From NCBI GenBank assembly GCA_032718475.1, contig JAUCBJ010001654.1, positions 1 through 64,000 on the forward strand: DNA of 64,000 bases, written 5' to 3'. Position numbers and translations under genes: made by a program. The notes beneath the pieces are model-generated. The model was not told the DNA's origin. It searched no databases and worked only from the letters and a program-made list of their open reading frames with translations. Shown here one piece after another: positions 1 through 11,060 of this stretch (positions are counted from its first letter, which is position 1; each line of letters begins with the position of its first letter). The DNA is from Nemertoderma westbladi. Taxonomy: Eukaryota; Animalia; Xenacoelomorpha.

Positions 1-1
1 A

Positions 2-2211
2 CTAGAAAGCCTGTGGCCCTTCGGGCCACAGCTTTCTAGTGCACGTGCAGATGATATATGAATATGTGTGGGAGATTGGAGAACTGCATACGGAACAGAC
101 ACCATCATTAAATAAAACACCACCCCCATAAGAGATAACTGTCAAGTTTCAACTTTAGTCAGATTGTAAATAACAAAATTTCCAGAAAATGATCACTTTC
201 AGATCCACCCTCTACCTGCGGACTGGTGAAATGCAGACGGCGCTGCAGTTTGGTAAAGATGGGGTTTATGGTGAAGTAAAATGCCTGCCTTTCAAGTTTC
301 AGCTTAAACAGATTGTAAATAACAAAATTGGTGTAGATGTTCACATTCAGACATTTCCCCTCTAGCGGTAGACTGAAGAACTGTAGACGACTCTAGGACT
401 CCGTAAAGATACAGAATATGCTGTAGTAGATTCCTGCCAAGTTCCAGCTCAATAGGATTAAAAAGAACCAAATGGGATGAGGTGTTCACTATCAGATATT
501 TCGCCCTCTAGTGGCAGATGGGGGGACTGTATACAACTCTGCGACTTCGTAAAGGTACAGCCTATGCTGTAGTAGATGCCTACCAAGTTTCAGTCTAAAC
601 CGTTAGTAAATAACAAAGTTGGAGAAGATGTTAACTTTCAGACATTTCACCCTCTAGCGGTAGACTGGGGAAGTGAATAGGATTCTGCAACCCCGTAAAG
701 ATACAGCCTATGATGTAGTAGATACCAACCAAGTTTCAGCTCAAAATGATTAAAAAGAACCAAATGGGATGAGGTTTTCACTATCAGACAATTCGCCCTC
801 TAGCGGCTGACTGTGGAACTGTAGACGACTCTACTACTCCGCAAAGATATAGCCTATGCTATAGTAGATGCCTACCAAGTTTCAGTCTAAAAGGTTTGTA
901 AATAACAAAGTTGGAGAAGATGTTAACTTTCATACATTTCGCCCTCTAGCGGCAGACGCGGGTACTGTAGACAACTCTGCGCGACTCAGTAAAGATATAG
1001 CCTATGCTGTAGTAGATGCCTACCAAGTTCAGTCTAAATGGATTATAAATAACAAAGTTGGAGAAGATGTTAACTTGCAGACATTTCGCCCTCTAGCGGT
1101 AGACTGGGAAATTGTAGACGACTCTGCGACTCAGTAAAGATTCAGCCTATGCTGTAGTAGATGCCTACCAAGTTTCAGTCAAAACGGATTGTAAATAATA
1201 AAGTTGGAGAAGATGTTAACTCTCAGACATTTAGCCCTCTAACGGTAGACTGGGGAACTGTAGACAACCCAGTGACTCCGGAAATATACAGCCTATGCTG
1301 CAGTATATAGCTACCACGTTTCATCTCAAAAGCATTAAAAACAACCCTATAAGATCAAGTTTTCACTATCGGATAATTCGCCCTCTAGCGGCAGACGGTG
1401 GAACTTCAGACGGCTCTGAGTATTACGTTGCAACGAGTTAGGGCGAGACCTATCTAACGAGCTATAGTAAGCGAGATTTCATCGAGATTAGATGTATAAT
1501 ATTAGATAAAATAATAATACAGTAAGTATAGGCCTACAGAAATAATTATTTTACTTTTAATATTCATAACAGTAAAACAAAAATGTTATAAACCTCTCCT
1601 TCCATGCAGCCAATGATTGAGAAAGCAGAATTACTCTGAGCAATTCGCAACAGACAACCCAAACCCACCCCAATCAACACTCCAGCCTGCTTGCTCCTTA
1701 TCTGTGCCCAGCCAGCTAGCTGCGAGTTCAATAATTACCTTAACGTTGCTATGATACAGAAAACAATCCTTCCCTATTCAATAACTATAGGCCAATTCGA
1801 TCCTGCTTGGCGAATATGACATATTTATACACTATTTGATTTTTAATCAATAAATAATCATACATATTTATATTAAACACTCGAATAAAATAAAAACTTT
1901 GTGAGAATGGGACACGGCGAATCTACCCATGTTAATTTTAAACCAGGTGGGATAAATGTTAGCCCTCTAAATCATTAATTACCGATAGAAGAACCGAAAT
2001 AATTCGATAAATTTCGCCCGAAAATCACGAAAATCGCCCTCTAGCGGCAGACGGGCGAACTTCAGACGGCTCTGAGTATTACGTTGCAACGAGTTAGGGC
2101 GAGACCTTTCTAACGAGATATAGCAAGCGAGATTTCATCGAGATGGGTTCGAATGTATAGCCGATGACAAACAGACAGACAGACAGACAATGCATATTTA
2201 TATATATTAGA
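2..2211 (-). mobile_element. Non-autonomous Helitron, family A, copy 1
   Basis: The minus strand starts TCTAATATATATAAAT at 2211, followed by a (GTCT)n microsatellite. It ends in hairpin GTGGCCC-GAA-GGGCCAC then CTAG at 5..2. No RepHel ORF. Internal ~146 bp tandem repeats. Confidence 0.88.
140..1400. repeat. ~146 bp tandem repeat inside Helitron A (also ~7475-8735)
   Basis: Motif (c/a)(g/a)ccctctagcgg recurs at about 357, 502, 648, 794, 940, 1087, 1233 and 1379. Confidence 0.9.
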
Positions 2212-2559
2212 CTAGAAAGCCAGTGGCCCTTCGGGCCACGGCTTTCTAGTTCACCATTCCAAACATGAATTAATTAATTCACTTAACTTAACATAACAAA
2301 ACGTCATATGATTGAGTGTTCTCTCAAACAAAAGGACTGATACTCTTTTACTTTTCAGATCTACACTACATACTACTTTACAACATATAAGGCTCAGGTT
2401 GTAGTAGATACGTGCCAAATATCACTTCCAAAGGATTACAAATTGTAAAAATATGGAAGAAGGTTAAACTGTAGAACTGCAGGTCGTTACCATCCTCGTA
2501 AACACAACCTACTGTATAGTTTATTTAGTTTAGTAGGTACTTTTAGATCGCTGCTAAGA

Positions 2560-4390
2560 ATCAAAATGGGAGGATTTCACTTTCAGAATATTCGTCCCCT
2601 AGTGGCGGACTGGAGAACTGCGGACTGGTCAACGTCCTTCACAAAGATGTAGCCGTATGATGTACATAGTACAGTAGACCTCCGACAATTACCAGCCTAA
2701 AAGCATTTTTAATAAATCAATGTGAGAATATTTGCACTTTTCAAACATTTCGCACCCTGGCAGTAGATTGGAGAACTGCACACTGGTTATCGTCCTCCCC
2801 AAACACACAACCTATGGCCAAGTATACATTTCTCAAGTAAAAGCAAAAAAGCATTAGAAACAACGAAATGGGAGAAGGATTTCACTTGAGAGATTCCACC
2901 CTCTAGCGACAGACTGAGAAATTGCAGATTGGTCTTAGTTCTCCACAAACACGCAGTCTTTGATGTAGTAGACCTCTGACAAGTATCAGCTTAAAAGAAT
3001 AATAAACATCGAAATGGGATAAGGTTTTCACGTTCAGACATTTCGCCCCCTAGCGGCTGAATAGAGAACTGCAGGTTGTTCGGCGTCCTCTCCAGACAAA
3101 CACCCTATGGTGTAATACACATCTGCCAAGTGTCAGCCTAAAAGCATTATTAATAACGAAATGGGATTCCAGACACACACCCTATGGTGTAATACACATC
3201 TGCCAAGTGTCAGCCTAAGAGCATTATTAATAACGAAATGGGATAAGGTTTTCACTTTCAGACATTGGGCCCCCTAGCAGTAGACTGGAGAAATGCAGAC
3301 TGGTTTTAGCTCCTCCCCAAACAGGCAGTCTTGGTGTAGTAGACCTCTGCCAAGTATCAGCAAAAAAGCATTATAAACAATGGAATGCATAAAGGTTTTC
3401 ACTTTCAGACATTGCGCCCCCTAGCGGCAGACAGAGCTATTGCAGATTGGTCTTAGTTCTCCACAAACACGCAGTCTATGATGTAGTAGACCTCTGACAA
3501 GTATCAGCTTAAAAGAATAATAAACATCGAAATGGGATAAGGTTTTCACGTTCAGACATTTCGCCCCCTAGCGGCCGAATAGAGAACTGCAGGTTGGTCT
3601 TAGTTCTCCACAAACACGCAGTCTTTGATGTAGTAGACCTCCGACAAGTATCAGCCTAAAAACATTATAAACATCAAAATGGGATAAGGTTTTCACGTTC
3701 AGACATTTCGCCCCCCAGCGGCCGAATAGAGAACTGCAGGTTGTTCGGCGTCCTCTCCAGACACACACCCTATGGTGTAATACACATCTGCCATGTGTCA
3801 GCCTAAAAGCATTATTAATAACGAAATGGGATAAGGTTTTCACTTTCAGACATGTGGCCCCCTAGCGGTAGACTGGAGAAATGCAGACTGGTTTTAGCTC
3901 CTCCCCAAACAGGCAGTCTTGGTGTAGTAGACCTCTGCCAAGTATCAGCAAAAAAGCAGTATAAACAACGAAATGGGTGAAGGTTTTCACTTTCAGACAT
4001 TGCGCCCCCTACCGGCAGACAGAGGAATTTCAGATTATTCAGAGTTCTCTACAAACACGCAGTCTATGGTGTAGTCGACTTCTGCCAAGTATCAGCAAAA
4101 AAGCATTATAAACAACGAAATGGGATAAGGTTTTCACTTTCAGATATTTCGCCCCAGCGGCAGACCGGGGAATTGCAGATTAGTCAGCATCCTCCAAAAC
4201 ACACAGCCTATGGTATAGTAGACCTCTGCCACGTATAAGCTAAAAGGCATTAATAATAACGAAATGGGAGAAGGTTTTCATTTTCTGACATTTCGCCCCC
4301 TAGCGGCAGACTGGAGAACTGCAGATTGATCAGTGTCTTCCCAAACACACAGTCTATGGTCAGGAACGTATCTGCAAAGTATCATTTAGA
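2560..4390. repeat. ~147 bp tandem repeat inside Helitron B (also ~5040-7030), with 2-3 alternating subtypes
   Basis: Motif gccccctagcgg recurs at about 3562, 3709, 3856, 4003 and 4150, and at 5620, 5767, 5914, 6061, 6208, 6355, 6502, 6649 and 6796. Confidence 0.9.
4294..4324 (-). promoter_or_regulatory. Representative full-length CTCF-like site (core plus upstream module), one of roughly 45 in 1-9566
   Basis: The minus strand reads CTGCAG-TTCTCCAGTCTG-CCGCTAGGGGGCG. The core closely resembles the CTCF consensus CCASYAGRKGGCR and TGCAG lies 12 nt upstream. Motif match only; binding is not shown. Confidence 0.6.
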
Positions 4391-4870
4391 ACAGATTGAG
4401 TCTGTTGGTGCAACCGCTGTTATGGAGTTCCCTGCTGGTTGACAAATTTGGCTGAAAATTGTTATGGAATAATAGCCCAATTTGACCACAAATAACCATT
4501 CACACATAAATGATGCATAAAATTCGCCTCGATATAACGACGTTTCGCGTCCATGTGCTCAGGGCAGTCTGCATCACGTAGATGCGCATCAAAAAGTAGC
4601 ATAATAGTCGAGACCCAACATGTAGAGTGACAGAATGAACTGCTAGGCCTACTGCGCTACCGGTACCAAATTCACGAAATCTGCATTCACGCAAACAAAC
4701 GCGTAAAATAAGACTCGAGATAGCGACAGTGCACGTGCTCGTGACGAGAGCTTTCGTTCGATGTATCGCGAGCTCAGATTGGTGCTTGTGTGTAGAAACG
4801 TATAGCTTGGACAGACAAACAAACAAACAGACAGACAGACAGACAGACACATGATATTTATATATATAGA

Positions 4871-7336
4871 CTAGAAAGCCAGTGGCGCTTCGGGCCACGG
4901 CTTTCTAGTTCACAAGCCTATTCACCATTCCAAACATTAATTAATTAATTAACTTAACAAAACTTCATATGATTGAGAGTGTTCTCTCAAACAAAAGGAC
5001 TGATGCTGTTTTACTTTTCAGATACCTACTGTACACTGGTCAACGTCCTTCACATTGATGCAGCCTTATGATGTACAGTAGTACTGTAGTACAGTAGACC
5101 TCTGACAATTATCAGCGTAAAAGCATTTTTAATAAATAAATGTGAGAATGTTTTTACTTTTCAGATTTTTCGCACCCTAGCAGTAGACTGGAAATCCGCA
5201 GACTGGTTAGCGTCCTCCCCATACAAACAGCCTATGGTCATCATGCCTTTCCCAAGTATAAGCAAAAAAGCATTAGAAACAACGAAATGGGAGAAGAATT
5301 TCACTTGAGACATTTCAGCCTCTAGCGGCAGACTGAGAAATTGCAGATTGGTCAGAGTTTTCCACAAACACGCAGTCTATGGTGTAGTAGACCTCTGACA
5401 AGTATCAGCCTAAAAGCATTAGAAACAACGAAACGGGATACACTGGGATAAGGTTTTCACTTTCAGACATTTCGCCCCTTAGCGGCCGAATGGAGAACTG
5501 CAGTTTGTTCGGCGTCTTACCTAGACACACACCCTATGGTGTACTACACATCTGGCAAGTGTCAGCCTGAAATCATATTAATAACGAATTGGGATAAGGT
5601 TTTCACTTTCAGACATTTGGCCCCCAAGCGGTAGACTGGATAAATGCAGACTGGTTCTAGCTTCTCCCCAAACACACAGTCTATGTTGTAGTAGACCTCT
5701 GCCAAGTATCAGCAAAAAAGCATTATAAACAATGGAATGCATAAAGGTTTTCACTTTCAGACATTGCGCCCCCTAGCGGCAGACAGAGCTATTGCAGATT
5801 GGTCTTAGTTCTCCACAAACACGCAGTCTTTGATGTAGTAGACCTCTGACAAGTATCAGCCTAAAAACATTATAAACATCAAAATGGGATAAGGTTTTCA
5901 CGTTCAGACATTTCGCCCCCTAGCGGCCGAATAGAGAACTGCAGGTTGTTCGGCGTCCTCTTCAGACACACAGCCTATGGTGTAATACACATCTGCCAAG
6001 TGTCAGCCTAAAAGCATTATTTATAACGAAATGGTATAAGGTTTTCACTTTCAGACATTTGGCCCCCTAGTGGCAGACAGAGGAATTGCAGATTGGTCAG
6101 AGTTCTCCACAAACACGCAGCCTATGGTGTAGTAGACCTCTGCCAAGTACCAGGCTATAAGAATTATAAACAACGAAATGGGATAAGGTTTTCACTTTCA
6201 GATATTTCGCCCCTTAGTGGCCGAATGGAGAACTGCAGGTAGTTGGGCGTCCTCCACAGACACACACCATATGGTGTAATACACATCTGCCCAGTGTCAG
6301 CCTAAAAGCATTATTAATAACGAAATGGGATAAGGTTTTCACTTTCAGACATTTGGCCCCCTAGTGGCAGACAGAGGAATTGCAGATTGGTCAGAGTTCT
6401 CCACAAACACGCAGTCTATGGTGTAGTAGACCTCTGCCAAGTATCAGCCTAAAAGCATTATAAACAACGAAATTGGATAAGGATTTCACTTTCAGATATT
6501 TCGCCCCCTAGCGGCCGAATGGAGAACTGCAGGTAGTTGGGCGTCCTCCACGGACACATACCATATGGTGTAATACACATCTGCCAAGTGTCAGCCTAAA
6601 AGCATTATTAATAACGAAATGGGATAAGGTTTTCACTTTCAGACATTTGGCCCCCTAGCGGTAGACTGGAGAAATGCAGACTGATTCTAGCTCCTCCCCA
6701 AACACGCTGTATTGTGTAGTAGACCTCTGCCAAGTATCAGCAAAAAAGCATTACAAACAAAGAAATGGGATAAGGTTTTCACTTTCAGATATTTCTCCCC
6801 CTAGCGGCAGACTGGGGAATTGCAGATTGGTCAGCATCCTCCCCAAACACACAGCCTATGGTGTAGAAGACCTCTGCCATGTGTCAGCTAAAAGGCTTTA
6901 ATAATAACGAAATGGGAGATGTTTTCAGTTTCGGATATTTCGCCCCCTAGCGGCAGACTGGAGAACTGCAGATTGATCAGTGTCCTCCCAAACACACAGT
7001 CTATGGTCGGGAACAGATCTGCAAAGTATCATTTAGAACACATTAAGTCTGGTATCAAAAAGTAGCATAATAGTCGATACCCAACGTGTCGAGTGACAGA
7101 ATGAACTGCTAGGCCTACCGCACTACCGGTACCGAATTCACGAAATTCGCATTCACGCAAACAAACGCGTAAAATAAGACTCGAGATAGCGACAGTGCAC
7201 GTGCTCGTGACGAGAGCTTTCGTTCGATGTATCGCGAGCTCCGATTGGTGCTTGTGTGTAGAAACGTATAGCTTGGACAGACAAACAAACAAACAGACAG
7301 ACAGACAGACAGACACATGATATTTATATATATAGA
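4871..7336 (-). mobile_element. Non-autonomous Helitron, family B, copy 2
   Basis: Same termini as 2212-4870. Different number and order of internal units, and it lacks the ~4400-4585 segment of copy 1. Confidence 0.88.
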
Positions 7337-9566
7337 CTAGAAAGCCTGTGGCCCTTCGGGCCACAGCTTTCTAGTGCACGTGCAGATGATATATGAATAT
7401 GTGTGGGAGATTCGAGAACTGCATACGGAATAGACACCATCATTAAATAAAACACCACCCCCATAAGATATAACTGTCAAGTTTCAACTTTAGGCAGATT
7501 GTAAATAACAAAATTTCCAGAAAATGATCACTTTCAGATCCACCCTCTACCTGCGGACTGGTGAAATGCAGACGGCGCTGCAGTTTGGTAAAGATGGGGT
7601 TTATGGTGAAGTAAAATGCCTGCCTTTCAAGTTTCAGCTTAAACAGATTGTAAATAACAAAATTGGTGTAGATGTTCACATTCAGACATTTCACCCTCTA
7701 GGGGTAGACTGAAGAACTGTAGACGACTCTGGGACTCCGTAAAGATACAGAATATGCTGTAGTAGATTCCTGCCAAGTTCCAGCTCAATAGGATTAAAAA
7801 GAACCAAATGGGATGAGGTGTTCACTATCAGATATGTCGCCCTCTACCGGCAGATGGGGGGACTGTATACAACGCTGTGACTCCGTAAAGGTACAGCCTA
7901 TGCTGTAGTAGATGCCTACCAAGTTTCAGTCTAAACCGTTAGTAAATAACAAAGTTGTAGAAGATGTTAACTTTCAGACATTTCACCCTCTAGCGGTAGA
8001 CTGGGAAAGTGAATAGGATTCTGCAACCCCGTAAAGATACAGCCTATGATGTAGTAGATACCAACCAAGTTTCAGCTCAAAATGATTAAAAAGAACCAAA
8101 TGGGATGAGGTTTTCACTATCAGACAATTCGCCCTCTAGCGGCTGACTGTGGAACTGTAGACGACTCTACTACTCCGCAAAGATATAGCCTATGCTATAG
8201 TAGATGCCTACCAAGTTTCAGTCTAAAAGGATTGTAAATAACAAAGTTGGAGGAGATGTTAACTTTCATACATTTCACCCTCTAGCGGCAGACGCGGGTA
8301 ATGTAGACAACTCTGCGCGACTCAGTAAAGATATAGCCTATGCTGTAGTAGATGCCTACCAAGTTCAGTCTAAATGGATTATAAATAACAAAGTTGGAGA
8401 AGATGTTAACTTTCAGACATTTCGCCCTCTAGCGGTAGACTGGGGAAATTGTAGACGACTCTGCGACTCAGTAAAGATACAGCCTATGCTGTAGTAGATG
8501 CCTACCAAGTTTCAGTCGAAACGGATTGTAAATAACAAAGTTGGAGAAGATGTTAACTCTCAGACATTTAGCCCTCTAACGGTAGACTGGGGAACTGTGG
8601 ACAACTCAGTGACTCCGGAAATATACAGCCTATGCTGCAGTATATAGCTACCAAGTTTCAGCTCAAAAGCATTAAAAACAACCCAATGAGATCAGGTTTT
8701 CACTATCGGACAATTCGCCCTCTAGCGGCAGATGGGGAAACTTCGGACGGCTCTGAGTATTACGTTGCAACGAGTTAGGGCAAGACCTATCTAACGAGCT
8801 ATAGTAAGCGAGATTTCATCGAGATTAGATGTATAATATTAGATAAAATAATAATACAGTAAGTATAGGCCTACAGAAATAATTATTTTACTTTTAATAT
8901 TCATAACAGTAAAACAAAAATGTTATAAACCTCTCCTTCCATGCAGCCAATGATTGAGAAAGCAGAATTACACTTGAGCAGTTCGCAACAGACAACCCAA
9001 ACCCACCCCAATCAACACTACAGCATGGCTTGCTCCTTATCTGTGCCCAGCTAGCTGCGATTTCAATAATTACCTTAACGTTGCTATGATACAGAAAAAA
9101 ATCCTTCCCTATTCACTACAGCACTAAGAATAGGCCAATTCGATCGTGCTTGGCGAATATGACATATTTATACACTATTTGGTTTTTAATCAATAAATAA
9201 TCATACATATTTATATTAAACACTCGAATAAAATAAAAACTTTGTGAGAATGGGACACGGCGAATCTACCCATGTTAATTTTATACCAGGTGGGATAAAT
9301 GTTAGCCCTCTAAATAATTAATTACCGATAGAAGAACCGAAATAATTCGATAAATTTCGCCCGAAAATCACGAAAATCGCCCTCTAGCGGCAGACGGGCG
9401 AACTTCAGACGACTCTGAGTATTACGTTGCAACGAGTTAGAGCGAGACCTTTCTAACGAGCTATAGCAAGCGAGATTTCATCGAGATGGGTTCGATTGTA
9501 TAGCCGATGACAAACACACAGACAGACAGACTGACTGACAGACAATCGATATTTATATATATTAGA
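7337..9566 (-). mobile_element. Non-autonomous Helitron, family A, copy 2
   Basis: Colinear with 2-2211 with scattered substitutions and indels. The 5' TC at 9566 is preceded on the minus strand by host A (9567), the canonical A^T Helitron target. Confidence 0.9.
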
Positions 9567-9639
9567 TTACATTACAGTCAGTCGGAAGCGAATAGCATAG
9601 TGATATTTTGCATTGCAGTACTGCAGTACGTTTGCAATA
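9567..9639 (+). repeat. 5' LTR, 3' part only (73 bp)
   Basis: Exact match to 14172-14244, followed after 1 nt by the PBS. Confidence 0.93.
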
Positions 9640-9640
9640 T

Positions 9641-9653
9641 TGGCGACGAGGAT
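9641..9653 (+). promoter_or_regulatory. Primer binding site, tRNA-Ser(GCU) type
   Basis: TGGCGACGAGGAT is complementary to the 3' end ATCCTCGTCG-CCA of metazoan tRNA-Ser(GCU), typical of Mag-clade elements. Confidence 0.85.
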
Positions 9654-9716
9654 AAACTTCGAAGCCGCGAGCTAATCTAGGGTACAGTGAATAGCAAAAA
9701 GGCCTATTGTATACAG

Positions 9717-10538
9717 ATGGCTCAGGGAGGTCCGGCAACGAGAATAGTGGTATCGCATCGTCAACTGAACATTAAACCGTTCCAGCCATTGGATGATATA
9801 ATTGCATCAGGCAAAGCTTGGGAACGATATTTACGGGATTTTAACCGAGAATGTGATTACTTCGGGATAACAACCCCTCAGGAAAAGAAACAGGCGTTGC
9901 TAGTGTTTGGCGGAAACCAAATAACAGAATGCGAGGATGCATTACCGGATGAAGGCGATGGTACTGAGTACGACAAACTGGAGAGGAAGTTGAATAAACA
10001 TTTAATCCCCAAGAAGAACAAGCGGCATGCGCGTTTCCGTTTTCTAAATTGTAAACAAAATGCAGGGGAAACGATAGCACAGTTTCATGTAAGATGTAGA
10101 ATCCTAATTAAAGATTGTGAGTATGGCAATCATGAGAATGAAATGTTAATTGATCACTTAATCCTCCATGTCAAGGATGATCGGTTACGAGAAAAAGCAT
10201 TGGAGGAAGAATGGGATCTGTCAAAATTTTTGGAGAAAGCCAGTAGTAAAATGGCATCCAAGGTTCAGGCAGATGATATTAAATTGGGAAATCCGGCAGT
10301 CGGTAACAGTAGTATGCGTGTGAAGGAGGAACCGATAGATGAAGTGTTGGGAGTTAATGCAGCATGGAACCGTAATAAAGTTCAGCAGTATCAGTATTGT
10401 CAGAGTTGTGGGAGAACACATGATAGGAATAGGTGTACTGCTGAAAACGCTCGTTGTAATGATTGTGGTGAAATTGGACATTTCGAACGAAGGTGCCACA
10501 GTAGGCATGGCCAAGGGGCCAGAGGTCGGCGCATGTGA
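9717..10538 (+). CDS. gag: Retrotransposon Gag
   Basis: ATG at 9717. Capsid-like WERYLRDF...FLNCKQNAGETIAQF and two zinc knuckles, CQSCGRTHDRNRC and CNDCGEIGHFERRC. Confidence 0.88.
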   Translation: MAQGGPATRIVVSHRQLNIKPFQPLDDIIASGKAWERYLRDFNRECDYFGITTPQEKKQALLVFGGNQITECEDALPDEGDGTEYDKLERKLNKHLIPKKNKRHARFRFLNCKQNAGETIAQFHVRCRILIKDCEYGNHENEMLIDHLILHVKDDRLREKALEEEWDLSKFLEKASSKMASKVQADDIKLGNPAVGNSSMRVKEEPIDEVLGVNAAWNRNKVQQYQYCQSCGRTHDRNRCTAENARCNDCGEIGHFERRCHSRHGQGARGRRM

Positions 10539-11060
10539 GAGAGAGAGAAGATGGATTGACTATGGGGGGTCCAGATATGGACGATCAAGCGATAGCAAGC
10601 AATATTCTGGTTCTAGTGAAGGCAGACGACATGCCAGTAGTGGGTATCGATCCAGGCGAGTTATTGAGGACATTCCAACTGATTCAGACTCGCAAGGTTC
10701 AATTCATGAAACTGATGATGAATCTGATGGGGAAAGTTCACATAAAATGCATCATTTGAAGTTGTCAAAGGTAAGCCTAGATAAGCAGTTACAATCTGAA
10801 ATTTTACTACCCATTGTAATCGAAAATGTAAGGTTCAATACAGACCCGGACACTGGGGCAGATGTTGATGTTGTAGATGAGAGCCACTGGAAAGATATCA
10901 AGAGAGCAAACCCAAATTTGAAACTAAATAAAGTAAAACAGAAAGTAAAGGCGGCAAATTCAACCACAGTACCAATGAAGGGTAAGTTTATGGCCCTATT
11001 TATGAACAAAACTAGACAAACCGTGAGAGAGTGCTATGTTATGGAGGGTAGTTTGGGAGG
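10530..11060 (+). pseudogene. Gag-protease linker and aspartic protease, out of frame with both gag and pol
   Basis: ORF 10339-11115 contains the PDTGADVDVV (DTG) protease motif. Frame changes lie near 10530 and 11060. Confidence 0.8.

Larger units (their letters stand above)
2212..4870 (-). mobile_element. Non-autonomous Helitron, family B, copy 1
   Basis: Minus 5' end TCTATATATATAAAT at 4870 with (GTCT)n/(GTTT)n. The same 3' hairpin plus CTAG ends at 2212 and joins directly to the TC of the next element. Internal ~147 bp repeats differ from family A. Confidence 0.88.

Noticed and set aside
1-40. Rho-independent terminator or MITE TIR
   Set aside because: Its position at every element junction and the A^T empty site in the LTR identify it as a Helitron 3' end.
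4500-4898. 132 aa ORF, repeated at 7029-7364
   Set aside because: It crosses a Helitron junction and a microsatellite and has no recognisable domain.
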